Below are positions 29,109 through 38,166 of a DNA stretch of 64,000 nucleotides, in pieces; position 1 is the first letter of the stretch; each line of letters opens with the position of its first letter. The position numbers and the translations under genes are program-made. The notes beneath the pieces were generated by a model. The model did no database searches, was not told the DNA's origin, and saw nothing but the letters and a program-made list of their open reading frames with translations. Source of the stretch: Nitrospirota bacterium (GTDB lineage Bacteria > Nitrospirota > UBA9217); assembly GCA_963663225.1 (NCBI GenBank), contig OY760142.1, positions 576,001 through 640,000 on the forward strand, in the 5' to 3' direction.

Positions 29109-30638
29109 TTAATGGCCATTTGGCGGAATGACTGCTGCAGTGGCGTCCGCAATATCCTGTGTCGCGTCTTCAGACAAAATGTACTTGCTGTTCAACGCCG
29201 AGTTTGTCGCAAGAGTAACCAGATTTACGTAGGACGCATGAGTGGCATAGGTGTCATTGAGCGTAGTAGTGGGATAATCCATTGAGTACCCCCACCGTGT
29301 GCACGTCCCCGGCCCGGAGTTGTTGCTTGAGTTGTTGACAACGGGAACCTGTACCTGCGGAAGACGAATACCGCCTTTTGTCATGCCTAACGGATCACGG
29401 TCTACCACCACGTTGGGAGTGAACTGGACCACAGTAAGCGGCGGCGCAGACACGATCGGAGCCCCGCCATGGGCCCAGGTAATAAGCTGTTCCAGTCCGG
29501 CGGATAATACATGATAGAAAGGCACTTTACTGCCGACAGGCATGTATGTGCAGGCCAGAGAATCCTCGACCGCGATATTGTTCATATCGCGATGTTCAAG
29601 AAAAACGCGGCTTACCCAGGCGCGATAGTCGTTATGCGACGCGTTCGGCACTTCCCAGGTCACGAACATGTTGTCATCAAGGCGGCGATAGGTAGCTTCG
29701 CTAAACGTGACAACGTCGTTCTCCGTCAGCACTTTCCAAACGGGGTTTATGAGGTCTTTACGGATATTGGTCCCGTAGGTGCTTTCAAGCGCAAAGGCAT
29801 CAGCCACCTTCGCCAGCGGATGGACGTTGTTTACATATGACGACAGCATGACCGCTGATTGTGACTGTCCCATAGCGATAAAGGTTGTCGGAGTGAGCCC
29901 GGCGAGCGGATTTACACCCACCGGATGTTTCAAGGCCTGTAGAGCCTGGGAGAATATATCGAAATGCAAAGCATCGCTCGTGAGCGCCGTGCCGTCTTTA
30001 AGATGTGAAACGTCAAGAGTTGAGTACCGGTTGGTCGCTGTCGGGCTGTTTGTGGCCGACGCCGTGGTCGGGGTGCTCCAGGATATTAACGCATTCACCC
30101 CAACGCGCTGGGCTGAAACACCGACCCACACATGTCCTTTGCGCATAACATAATCATAAATTTCGTACCAGCAATACTCCATGTCCATGTTGTTCGTCAC
30201 GTTGAACCACTCAACGATGACCGTGCCGCTGAATTTTGTCGGGTCACTCGGCTTCCGGACAACAATCCGGCTTTTGTAAGGATGGCCGTCGTCACGGATC
30301 GTTGCGGTTGTCGTTGCTGCCGACCCCGTGGGAATGATGAAACGGGTCGCCGTTCCTGAAATGAAATACTCTTCCTCGACATATCCTCTTGCCGCAAGGT
30401 CGAATTGTGACGAGAAGAAATTAAAGTTACGAGTTGCCGGGCTGGTGGTCGCACCCGCCGCGGGCCTGTCCGGCGCCGCAATCGGCCCCGTCACTGTCGG
30501 ATTCAGGACCGTCATTGTCCCGGCAGAGATTACTCCGGATGAGCTCGACCCGCCGCCTGAACAGGCGTTTAATACAAGGGCTGCTATCGCTGCACTAAGT
30601 AGAGCAAAGACCGATATGGTAGCAAATATCTTCTTCAT
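29109..30638 (-). CDS. Lipoprotein alpha/beta-hydrolase-domain protein (Abhydrolase_10-like)
   Basis: Lipobox LNAC plus Ser/Gly linker; GYVEEEYFISG, VEWFNVT, VGVSAQ, nucleophile motif GQSQSA, ASH, GGIRLP. Confidence 0.8.
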   Translation of the reverse strand: MKKIFATISVFALLSAAIAALVLNACSGGGSSSSGVISAGTMTVLNPTVTGPIAAPDRPAAGATTSPATRNFNFFSSQFDLAARGYVEEEYFISGTATRFIIPTGSAATTTATIRDDGHPYKSRIVVRKPSDPTKFSGTVIVEWFNVTNNMDMEYCWYEIYDYVMRKGHVWVGVSAQRVGVNALISWSTPTTASATNSPTATNRYSTLDVSHLKDGTALTSDALHFDIFSQALQALKHPVGVNPLAGLTPTTFIAMGQSQSAVMLSSYVNNVHPLAKVADAFALESTYGTNIRKDLINPVWKVLTENDVVTFSEATYRRLDDNMFVTWEVPNASHNDYRAWVSRVFLEHRDMNNIAVEDSLACTYMPVGSKVPFYHVLSAGLEQLITWAHGGAPIVSAPPLTVVQFTPNVVVDRDPLGMTKGGIRLPQVQVPVVNNSSNNSGPGTCTRWGYSMDYPTTTLNDTYATHASYVNLVTLATNSALNSKYILSEDATQDIADATAAVIPPNGH

Positions 30639-30838
30639 TTTATATGGTTCTCCCTTTTTTGTTAGAGATTGCTATTCGTCTTTAAAATACTCTTTTTCAG
30701 CCATGAACAACCAGATTAAGAATACAACTCAAACAGAACAGCATGCGTATTTTCCATGTATCACCCCCCTTTTGAGAATGAGATTCACGCAATGAGACTC
30801 CGCTGAAATTTCCGGAATGGCCCGGGCACGAAATATTC

Positions 30839-31117
30839 TTATTCAGGATTTTCCTGCCGGCTTGGGAAAGGTTCGAGGATATCGGCAGCCGGTTTATGAT
30901 TTACAAGCGGACAAATGTCCATCGGAAAAAATGCACACATCGACACGCGCAAAGCTGATGCAAGCTTATAGATCACCGATGCGGTTGGATTTTTTTCGCC
31001 GCGCTCAATCTCCCCCAGGTATTTGGCATTAATCCCTGCCAGCTCGCTCAATTTTTCCTGACTGTATCCCCGCCTTTGCCGCAAAGTTCTGATGTTACCG
31101 CCGATATTCGTAAACAT
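30839..31117 (-). CDS. XRE-family HTH transcriptional regulator
   Basis: IRTLRQRRGYSQEKLSELAGINAKYLGEIERGEKNPT. Confidence 0.88.
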   Translation of the reverse strand: MFTNIGGNIRTLRQRRGYSQEKLSELAGINAKYLGEIERGEKNPTASVIYKLASALRVSMCAFFPMDICPLVNHKPAADILEPFPSRQENPE

Positions 31118-31396
31118 GTCATTCCTGACCTCATTTCATAAATCGTACGGTTAGAGCGCATAGTATACGTGCGCATATATGCTTTGAACACAAGCTATAG
31201 ACGGTATTTCGTGGTTGGAAAAATTATGGGGAAAACGGATGAAACATTAACGGATCGTGATGATAAAAAACTACGGCTCTCCGTTGCATAATAATGCAGC
31301 CGGAGGACACACGGATTACACACAGATCAGAAGTCCGTTGAAGTACTGATAAAAGAAGGGTATTTTCGGATATAACGACAAGACAGGTTGGAAAAC

Positions 31397-34300
31397 TTAA
31401 TATGAGCGAGGGGTTTTGATTGCTTTATAAATCTCTTCCGTTCTGAGAGAAGGGGTAATGTCCAGATTGGCCTTAAGGTAGGAATGACAGCGTTGATAAG
31501 CACTGGCGGCTTCAGCATCTCGTCCGAGGTTGTGATAGTTAATAATCAGTTTTTGATAGAGCACTTCCCGGACATTGTCAATTTCAAGCCCTCGCCGGTA
31601 CGATTCCACTGCCTTATCATATTCTTTCCTCTCCTCCCGGTAGGACCCGAGAGCAAGAATAATATGAACGGTTTTACTTATGAGAATATCCCGCAGGGAC
31701 ATGATCCAGGGCTGGCTGTCGTCGCCGTCAAGGAAGTGTCCTTTGTAGCCCTCCAACACCCGATCCGTAAGCTGAATGACCTCTTGTATTTCATCCAGTT
31801 CTCTCTTGCTCTTTTTTTTCATTTTCTGATTTTTTTTCCATCCGTCTTCTGCTTTTTTGATCAAACGCTGAAATCCCCAGATATCGACAAAACAATATTG
31901 ACCATCGAGGGTCAGGGTCCCGTCTTTGAATTGCAAAGCTTTATCGTTGCCGAGCAGCTTTCGAAGCCGGTACAGGGCCAGTTCGAAGGAACGATGCGCG
32001 GAGTAACCATCCGCATCAGGCCAGAGCGCATCAGTAAGCTCCGCTTCTGGAACGGCCCTGCCCCCGAATGCAATTAACGCTTTCAGCAATGCAATAGGTT
32101 TCTGCTGGACTTTCCGGGAAAAAACAATTTTCTTTCCATCTTTTACAAGCTCAAATCTTCCCATCGTGTATATCCGGAGCGGATATGGCCAGTTGTCAAG
32201 GAGCAACACATCCTTATCCGGAAGAAGCTTTCGCTTTTTGATAATATTCTGAACATACTCCACTTCGATTCCCGCCCCGAGCGCCTTTGCACAAAGAAAA
32301 CTCATAACGGAGGGCCGCCACCATAACATGTTCATAAATCCGTTTTCACGTCCCAGTTTCATGGCGCTTTGCAAGGGTGCCAGCGCTTTCTGCTCATCTG
32401 CACAGTTGAGTCTTACATAGGACTCCGAGACGAGGCACAGATACTTCATGAAGCTGCTTTTCATGTCATCGGCAATTTGGTGTGCATGAGCAAGATGATA
32501 TTCGGCCTCCTCTGTTCTTCCCTGTTTGCTGAAAATTTCGTAAATCATGACGTGAGAAATCATTGTGAAGGGAATGTCGCCGACCAGCTCCGAAATATTT
32601 CTTAACTCTTTACAATGCAGGTGTGCGGTAACGTTATCATCATCGAGCATGGCTTTCCAGATTTTTGCAAAATGATAGTAGCATCTATCGAGGCGCTCCT
32701 TTCCCTCTGTGCCGGATTCCATTCTTTTGAATAATATGTCTGCGGTTGAGATGTCGCCGTTGCTCAGCGCAGCAGCAATACTGTACCCGATGACATGGGC
32801 TTCCCAAACGTATACACCCAGTTTATCGGCCAGCTTGATCATTTCAAAAACCAAGTTCTGGCTGTTTTCACCGGCTACCGTAAAAATATCATGAATCGTT
32901 TCCAGGCTTTTGAAAATGAGCATTACAAAATCAGGAGCGTTTGTAGAATGCATCGCATTTCGGAATAGGCTCAACGCAAAGCTTGCCTTGGTAAAATTAC
33001 CGTGGCGCAGGTAGTGCGCCACAAGATAGGAACCGGCTTTGCAATGTAGGACCGGGTTATAGTTGGTACGGAGAATATTCAAGGACCGATTTTCCCAGAT
33101 GCTGATGTCGGGATGGTGCGGCTGCCTGCGACAGAGGGCTCCAAACATGCTTATCGTTACCGACGCCTCAATTTCCCGGGAGGGAAACCTAGTATCCTTA
33201 GCAAGCATCCTATTAAGCAGTGAGATCATGTGATCCAAGGGACGGAAATCACTGCTGTAAAAAGCATCATCAACCGCACCGCCCCAGGCCGAAAACATCC
33301 CTGCACGATCATTCTGAGATTCGAACAGCTCAAATGCATGATCGAAATCCTTTTTGCTATCAACTGGATTGGACGTCATTGTACAAGCGCCGCGCCAGTA
33401 GAACAACCAGGGATAATTTTCGATTACCTCCCTGGGGAATTTATCTATCCAGCCCTTTACAACAAGGACCCGGCCCTGGGAAAACATGTCTTGCGCAAGT
33501 TTACAGATCAGTTTTGCCGCTTCTGAAAAATCTTCCGACTGAAGAAAAAGAATTACGGCATCTTCACTCTGGCTGTTCTCCGCAAGAACACGCGCTGCCT
33601 TTTGCTTAAGCGCTTTTATTTCGTCGTTCGGGCAGGTCTTCTCAAAATATGTCAGCAGGAATTCCCGGAACAGAGGATGATACTGGTACGCTTCTCCATG
33701 CATACCATACTTGTTTGTAAAAAAATGACGCTGGTGCATTTCAGCCAGGATCTGGCCGGCCTCTGCCATGCCGGTCAGATTGCAGGCCGCGTCGGCGGTT
33801 ATTCTGGGAAACAACGATGTTTTCGTGAGAAGCTGCCGCGTTTCATCCGGCAGCCCTTCAAACAGTTCTGTTGCGAAGTAGTTGAAAATCTCCTGCCTGC
33901 TAAAGCTTGCCGTCTTTTGAAGGATCGGTAATGCCCCGCTGCCTTTTTCAGTGATAAGAACCAGACCTGCAGCCCATCCGTCCGTTTTTTCATGCAATTG
34001 TTTTATTATTGCATGGCCGAGCTTTTTGTGAATACGTGAGTAAACGAATGTTTCGGTTTCTGCAAGCGTCAGTTTCATATCGTTCCAGCCGATGTAACTG
34101 ATCGCGTTGTTTGCGCGAAATCTTGTCAATGTCGCAGGAGGCTCATGGCGGCTGATGAAAATAATCCGCAGATTATCGGGAAGGACGGCCAGCCCATCGC
34201 AGATGATTTTGTGAAACAGGGAATCAGAGGGGATATGATGATAATTGTCGAAGACCAGTACTGAATGAGTTTTTAAGCTGCTATAGAGTTTCTCGAAAAA

Positions 34301-34627
34301 TCTTCGGGTGAAAACATTGATGCCGGGAAGATACACAGGTGTCAGAAGGGGCAACTGTTTCCGGCTTTTGGGATTGGCGTTCCGCGCAGCATGTCCCAGA
34401 TAGTAAAAAAACGTGGGAAGATCGGCGTCACCTTCGTCCAGCTGATACCAGAGGTACGGCAGTTTGCGTCTGCTCAGATAATCGGCAACCAGGGTCGTTT
34501 TTCCCGCCCCCCCGGGTCCGGCTATCCATGTAACAGGCTTCCTGCCGGCGGCATCGAGAAGAGAGTGAAGTCTCTTCCGCTGGATAACATCGATAACTTT
34601 TGGGCAAGTTATTTTTGATATCGGCAT
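31397..34627 (-). CDS. MalT-like STAND ATPase regulator with a C-terminal SARP module (winged HTH plus BTAD)
   Basis: SKITCP, GPGGAGKTT, WYQLDEGD, VFDNYH, TDGWAAGL, YHPLFREFL, LWPDAD..LYRLRKLL, BTAD TPRs. Start uncertain (34627 or 34639). Confidence 0.88.
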   Translation of the reverse strand: MPISKITCPKVIDVIQRKRLHSLLDAAGRKPVTWIAGPGGAGKTTLVADYLSRRKLPYLWYQLDEGDADLPTFFYYLGHAARNANPKSRKQLPLLTPVYLPGINVFTRRFFEKLYSSLKTHSVLVFDNYHHIPSDSLFHKIICDGLAVLPDNLRIIFISRHEPPATLTRFRANNAISYIGWNDMKLTLAETETFVYSRIHKKLGHAIIKQLHEKTDGWAAGLVLITEKGSGALPILQKTASFSRQEIFNYFATELFEGLPDETRQLLTKTSLFPRITADAACNLTGMAEAGQILAEMHQRHFFTNKYGMHGEAYQYHPLFREFLLTYFEKTCPNDEIKALKQKAARVLAENSQSEDAVILFLQSEDFSEAAKLICKLAQDMFSQGRVLVVKGWIDKFPREVIENYPWLFYWRGACTMTSNPVDSKKDFDHAFELFESQNDRAGMFSAWGGAVDDAFYSSDFRPLDHMISLLNRMLAKDTRFPSREIEASVTISMFGALCRRQPHHPDISIWENRSLNILRTNYNPVLHCKAGSYLVAHYLRHGNFTKASFALSLFRNAMHSTNAPDFVMLIFKSLETIHDIFTVAGENSQNLVFEMIKLADKLGVYVWEAHVIGYSIAAALSNGDISTADILFKRMESGTEGKERLDRCYYHFAKIWKAMLDDDNVTAHLHCKELRNISELVGDIPFTMISHVMIYEIFSKQGRTEEAEYHLAHAHQIADDMKSSFMKYLCLVSESYVRLNCADEQKALAPLQSAMKLGRENGFMNMLWWRPSVMSFLCAKALGAGIEVEYVQNIIKKRKLLPDKDVLLLDNWPYPLRIYTMGRFELVKDGKKIVFSRKVQQKPIALLKALIAFGGRAVPEAELTDALWPDADGYSAHRSFELALYRLRKLLGNDKALQFKDGTLTLDGQYCFVDIWGFQRLIKKAEDGWKKNQKMKKKSKRELDEIQEVIQLTDRVLEGYKGHFLDGDDSQPWIMSLRDILISKTVHIILALGSYREERKEYDKAVESYRRGLEIDNVREVLYQKLIINYHNLGRDAEAASAYQRCHSYLKANLDITPSLRTEEIYKAIKTPRSY

Positions 34628-34652
34628 ATTTGCATACAACTTAAGTTATGAA

Positions 34653-34681
34653 ATAGTAACAATTACAAGGAGTGCTGTCAA
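34653..34681 (-). promoter_or_regulatory. Sigma70 promoter of the STAND regulator gene
   Basis: TTGACA-17 bp-TACTAT. Confidence 0.6.
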
Positions 34682-35049
34682 ATGAAATATTATGCAACAA
34701 ATAGGTGATTCAGATATGTCATCCTGCACACCTCTACTGTAATTTCAAAAAAATGTCATTTTTTTGTGAATATTCAGGAAGCAGCAGATGAACAGTTCCA
34801 TAACAGGTAAGTCTGTAGCTAATGCAGGATATACCGCTCAGCAATCCGTGCGGCAGTTGCCAGAGAAAGGAAAAGTAACGTATATAAATACGAACGTCAT
34901 TACTTGGTCTTTCTTGTCCACTTGCGGGGAAAATACTCGGAAGATCCAGACAGGAAGCCCGCTCTCGATTCAGAGAACGAATGCAAAAACCCGGCAGCTT
35001 CAGGTTTTTATCACTCCTTGAGCAAAGCATCCGATGTTCGACGAGGGAG

Positions 35050-35316
35050 TTACTTCAACTGACTGTCTTTACTGCCACTTCGATTGTACAAGGCAACCGT
35101 CTTCTGCCTTTTTTCGAGTTCTGACTGGCATTGGACACAATAACGGACTCCGGGCATCGCCTTCTGTCGCGCCTCAGGGATAACCGCCTCGCATTCTTCA
35201 CAGTGAGTCAGGCTTTCACCATCCGGCATCCGGCTTCTGGCTAACTGGACTGCCGACTCCACCGTGGCATCTATTTGTTCCTGCACCGCCCCATCGCGGG
35301 ACCAACCGACTGCCAT
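35050..35316 (-). CDS. DksA/TraR-family C4 zinc-finger protein (YbiI-like)
   Basis: MAVGWSRDGAVQEQID, CEEC..IPEAR...CVQCQ, GSKDSQLK. Confidence 0.92.
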   Translation of the reverse strand: MAVGWSRDGAVQEQIDATVESAVQLARSRMPDGESLTHCEECEAVIPEARQKAMPGVRYCVQCQSELEKRQKTVALYNRSGSKDSQLK

Positions 35317-35402
35317 GACAGACTCCCGTTGTTTCTGATAATTAATTATACGATTATTGGGGAAAAAATCAACCCGGGGCAATAATGTCCAAGAGAATCG
35401 AG

Positions 35403-35554
35403 TGGAGTCCCCTCCGGGAGGAGCCGGAGATCCCTCGATAGACACGACCTCCTGCTTGTACCCAGCGCTAACGAGTGCGATAGCGCAAGTGCAGGGTACG
35501 ACTTACTGCATCCCTCCCCCGACAAGAGTCGGGGGATTCCATGTCGCAGGGATT
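35403..35554. other. Structured GC-rich non-coding element (ncRNA or MITE-like IS remnant)
   Basis: Three stable hairpins plus the inverted repeats TGGAGTCCCC/GGGGATTCCA, in an AT-rich intergenic context. Confidence 0.45.
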
Positions 35555-35618
35555 AAACAAACTAACCAGCTTACGAAAGTCATCATGTCTGTTTTACTGC
35601 TCTCTACCCGCCTATACG

Positions 35619-36011
35619 CTATATTAGGGCAGGAAAAAATTTGGCCAGCAGAATTAAACCATTTTTACCCGCTATCACTTTGTGATTCATCCTTTTTGGA
35701 ATCAGTGCCATGCGCCCTGGGTAGTATGCATTTTTCTTTGTGTTTAAGAGGAATACTCCATCACCGGATATCACTTCATGCAATTCCCACTGGACATCGT
35801 GAGTGTGCTCGTCTAAAACGGAACCGGGATCAATTCGGACCATATGGCAGCTTAATTTCCCTTCAGTATCCGCGCCTTTTATAAGATGTTTCAAACAGAC
35901 TCCATAAAATTTGGGATGCTTTTCCCAGGGAATTTCCTTGGATGCATCTTCTCTATTCAGATAGATTGTGGAACCATTTTCCATACGAGTTGCAATCTCT
36001 TCGCTTTTCAT
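35619..36011 (-). CDS. Cupin-domain protein
   Basis: HTHDVQWELHEVISG and IPKRMNH cupin motifs; AGGAGA RBS. Confidence 0.85.
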   Translation of the reverse strand: MKSEEIATRMENGSTIYLNREDASKEIPWEKHPKFYGVCLKHLIKGADTEGKLSCHMVRIDPGSVLDEHTHDVQWELHEVISGDGVFLLNTKKNAYYPGRMALIPKRMNHKVIAGKNGLILLAKFFPALI

Positions 36012-36218
36012 AATGTCTCCTATTGCTGTTTGATCAGGTTTTGAATTTCCCAAGGAGCATACATCCCGGCGAAATGAATGTCTTGTATAATATTGCTATC
36101 TATTAGTCGACGACGAGGTCACACGCCGTGAAGAGAATTAATGATGAGCGGTTTTACAGGACGATTATCCGGCTAAAAAAATTTAACGGCTTTCATTCTG
36201 CTCTATTCTGTCCAACAG

Positions 36219-36806
36219 TTACAGGCAAAACGGCCCTTCGCAAACGGTCTGCGCGAGAGGACGACGATTATTCGGCGTTTCGATTTCCCGCAAATCTTCA
36301 GGAAGGGATTCGCGTGAACCCGGTTTCCCCACAGCTATCATTGCTTCCACTTGATACTCGTCAGGGATTCGAAGTGTTGTCTTCGCCCGAATGTAGTCAA
36401 ATCCCTGCATTCCGTGCGCGATATAGCCGCGCATGTTTGCCTGCAGCGCCAGATTCTCCCACGCCGTGCCGGCATCGAACGAGTGCGTTCGGGCGGGCTT
36501 GCCATTGTGGTCGAAGGTCATTTTCGATATGAACAGCAGCAATGCCGCAGCGTTTCCAGCCCATCTCTGGTTCGATTTGGCCAGCAGATCCAGAAACACC
36601 GGCCAATGCACCGTGTCGCGCCGGGCAAAAAGAATGCGCCACGGCTGATTGTTGAACGACGATGGCGCCCATCGCGCGGCTTCAAAAAGCACCATAAGAT
36701 CATCCAGATCGATCGGTTCTCCGGACATTGCCCGGGGCGACCAGCGGTCCAAAAACAGTTTGTCAACCGGGTGGTCAGCCCGGCGTTTTTCGCTCCCCTT
36801 GATCAT
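36219..36806 (-). CDS. Nitroreductase family protein
   Basis: RWSPRAM, AARWAPSSFNNQPW, HGMQGFD. Confidence 0.93.
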   Translation of the reverse strand: MIKGSEKRRADHPVDKLFLDRWSPRAMSGEPIDLDDLMVLFEAARWAPSSFNNQPWRILFARRDTVHWPVFLDLLAKSNQRWAGNAAALLLFISKMTFDHNGKPARTHSFDAGTAWENLALQANMRGYIAHGMQGFDYIRAKTTLRIPDEYQVEAMIAVGKPGSRESLPEDLREIETPNNRRPLAQTVCEGPFCL

Positions 36807-36873
36807 TGTCCATCTCCCCTAAAAGTCATTCAAATATAAGTTGAGCAAAGCAAATGCAAAATCCAATTCAAAG

Positions 36874-37191
36874 TCACAGGTAGTCTTTTCTTGGAGGGGT
36901 GAAGAAATCCAATACTTCCCCAGGTTCCATGATTAGCATGCAGTGCTCTACGTCGCGGGGAATAGAGTATGAATCACCCGGACCAATTTCATGCCCGACA
37001 TTATTAATGATAATTTTATATTTACCGGAGATCACATATCCACTCTGTTCATTCGGATGCTTATGCAATGGAGGAGCATCCTCTTTCTTGTAAAGCATTT
37101 TCGTTACCATAGATTCCGGACCATGAGAGAGCAAAACAAAATCAACACCCAGGAAGTTTCTCTTCTGTGCATCGTTCGAATTCACGATCAT
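36874..37191 (-). CDS. Cupin-domain protein
   Basis: HKHPNEQSGYVISG, GDSYSIPRDVEH, DFFTPPRKDY. Confidence 0.9.
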   Translation of the reverse strand: MIVNSNDAQKRNFLGVDFVLLSHGPESMVTKMLYKKEDAPPLHKHPNEQSGYVISGKYKIIINNVGHEIGPGDSYSIPRDVEHCMLIMEPGEVLDFFTPPRKDYL

Positions 37192-37336
37192 GTCATCTCC
37201 TCGTATGTCCGGCTATCATGTTACCCGATATGGATTAAGTTCCGTAAGCACTTTTTTATTTATATTTAATGTTTACCGTGACCTTCAACGGTCTCAATAG
37301 AGAACAGCGACGTTAGTGCCCGAGCGCAAAACATGG

Positions 37337-37789
37337 CTAGACGCTCTTCCGGGGTGGGAAATTAAGAGCCCCTGTTTGAAAATAAAATTTCCACTCGCCC
37401 GTCGATAGTTTTGTGTAAATCTTGCAGACCCTGCCTTTCCAATGAGAAACTTCCTTCGTGGCCTTATGCCGCCAAAGAGTGTCTATATCAACAACCGCGA
37501 ATGCTGCATCTTCTTCTGTGGAGATTTCAATCTTTACGGTATTGCGGCAATTATGGATCAAGTCATGTGAATCAAAGAGGTCCTGCCAGCTCTTACGCCA
37601 TCGCTCCCTGTTAAATCGTCCCATTACAAAAATCCAATCAATGGGATCATGGGCATCGGACGTTGGCGGCCATGGCCAGGCCATATCCGGGTGGATCATG
37701 GATAGAAAAAGGTCTGGATTCTTCGTGTTCCACCCTTCGGTTTCGAGATCTATCATCTCTTGAATCGCTTGTGCGACCTCTCTGCTCAA
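37337..37789 (-). CDS. NTF2/SnoaL-like fold protein
   Basis: TTG start with AAGGAG RBS; AFAVVDIDTLWR...GRVCKIYTK...WK pattern. Confidence 0.7.
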   Translation of the reverse strand: MSREVAQAIQEMIDLETEGWNTKNPDLFLSMIHPDMAWPWPPTSDAHDPIDWIFVMGRFNRERWRKSWQDLFDSHDLIHNCRNTVKIEISTEEDAAFAVVDIDTLWRHKATKEVSHWKGRVCKIYTKLSTGEWKFYFQTGALNFPPRKSV

Positions 37790-37899
37790 ACAAATTCTCC
37801 TTTCATACTACCCCGCGTCTGGTCAAACCTAAATTTCAGGCAGAATACAGCACACAACAAGCCTGACAGGCTCCGATGATGCCTGAGAAGGTTGGTCCT

Positions 37900-38067
37900 C
37901 TATGCTGCTTTTGTAAAAAACAGAAACGCCATGGTCGGCCTGCGGGACGAAACAGAGACAACGAACTGAATGCTCTCGAACGTGTACCCTTTCATGGTCC
38001 ATTCGTTCAGTATCCGTTCAATCTCTTCATCGGTCACCGTGCTCGTTTCGACAACTTTGTAAGGCAT
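37900..38067 (-). CDS. Small DUF4177-like protein, 55 aa (not in the ORF track)
   Basis: Manual translation MPYKVVETSTVTDEEIERILNEWTMKGYTFESIQFVVSVSSRRPTMAFLFFTKAA matches the YKVV...LNE...GW/Y pattern; a promoter sits directly upstream. Confidence 0.8.
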   Translation of the reverse strand: MPYKVVETSTVTDEEIERILNEWTMKGYTFESIQFVVSVSSRRPTMAFLFFTKAA

Positions 38068-38166
38068 GTTGATATTATAGAGAAAGAACTGCTCTTTTTC
38101 AATATTTGTGTATTAAACTGGGAAATTTTCTGTTGCTATTCACGGTTGTCGGCAATATAATCGGGC

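Noticed and set aside
34734-35030. 98-aa and 77-aa overlapping ORFs upstream of the STAND regulator
   Set aside because: No recognisable domain; probably intergenic DNA or a decayed remnant.
35391-35556. 6S RNA, twister ribozyme or a known riboswitch
   Set aside because: It lacks the 6S rod with central bubble and the usual gene context. GTACAAGC and TGCAG are present but the twister UAA cleavage core is not. No SAM, TPP, FMN, B12 or c-di-GMP consensus was seen.
35357-35884. 175-aa + strand ORF across the structured element
   Set aside because: TTG start without an SD, antisense to a clear cupin gene, and no motifs.
35050-38067. Integron cassette array
   Set aside because: In the spacers I examined there were no convincing RYYYAAC...GTTRRRY attC palindromes. 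No intI is present, and several genes have their own promoters.
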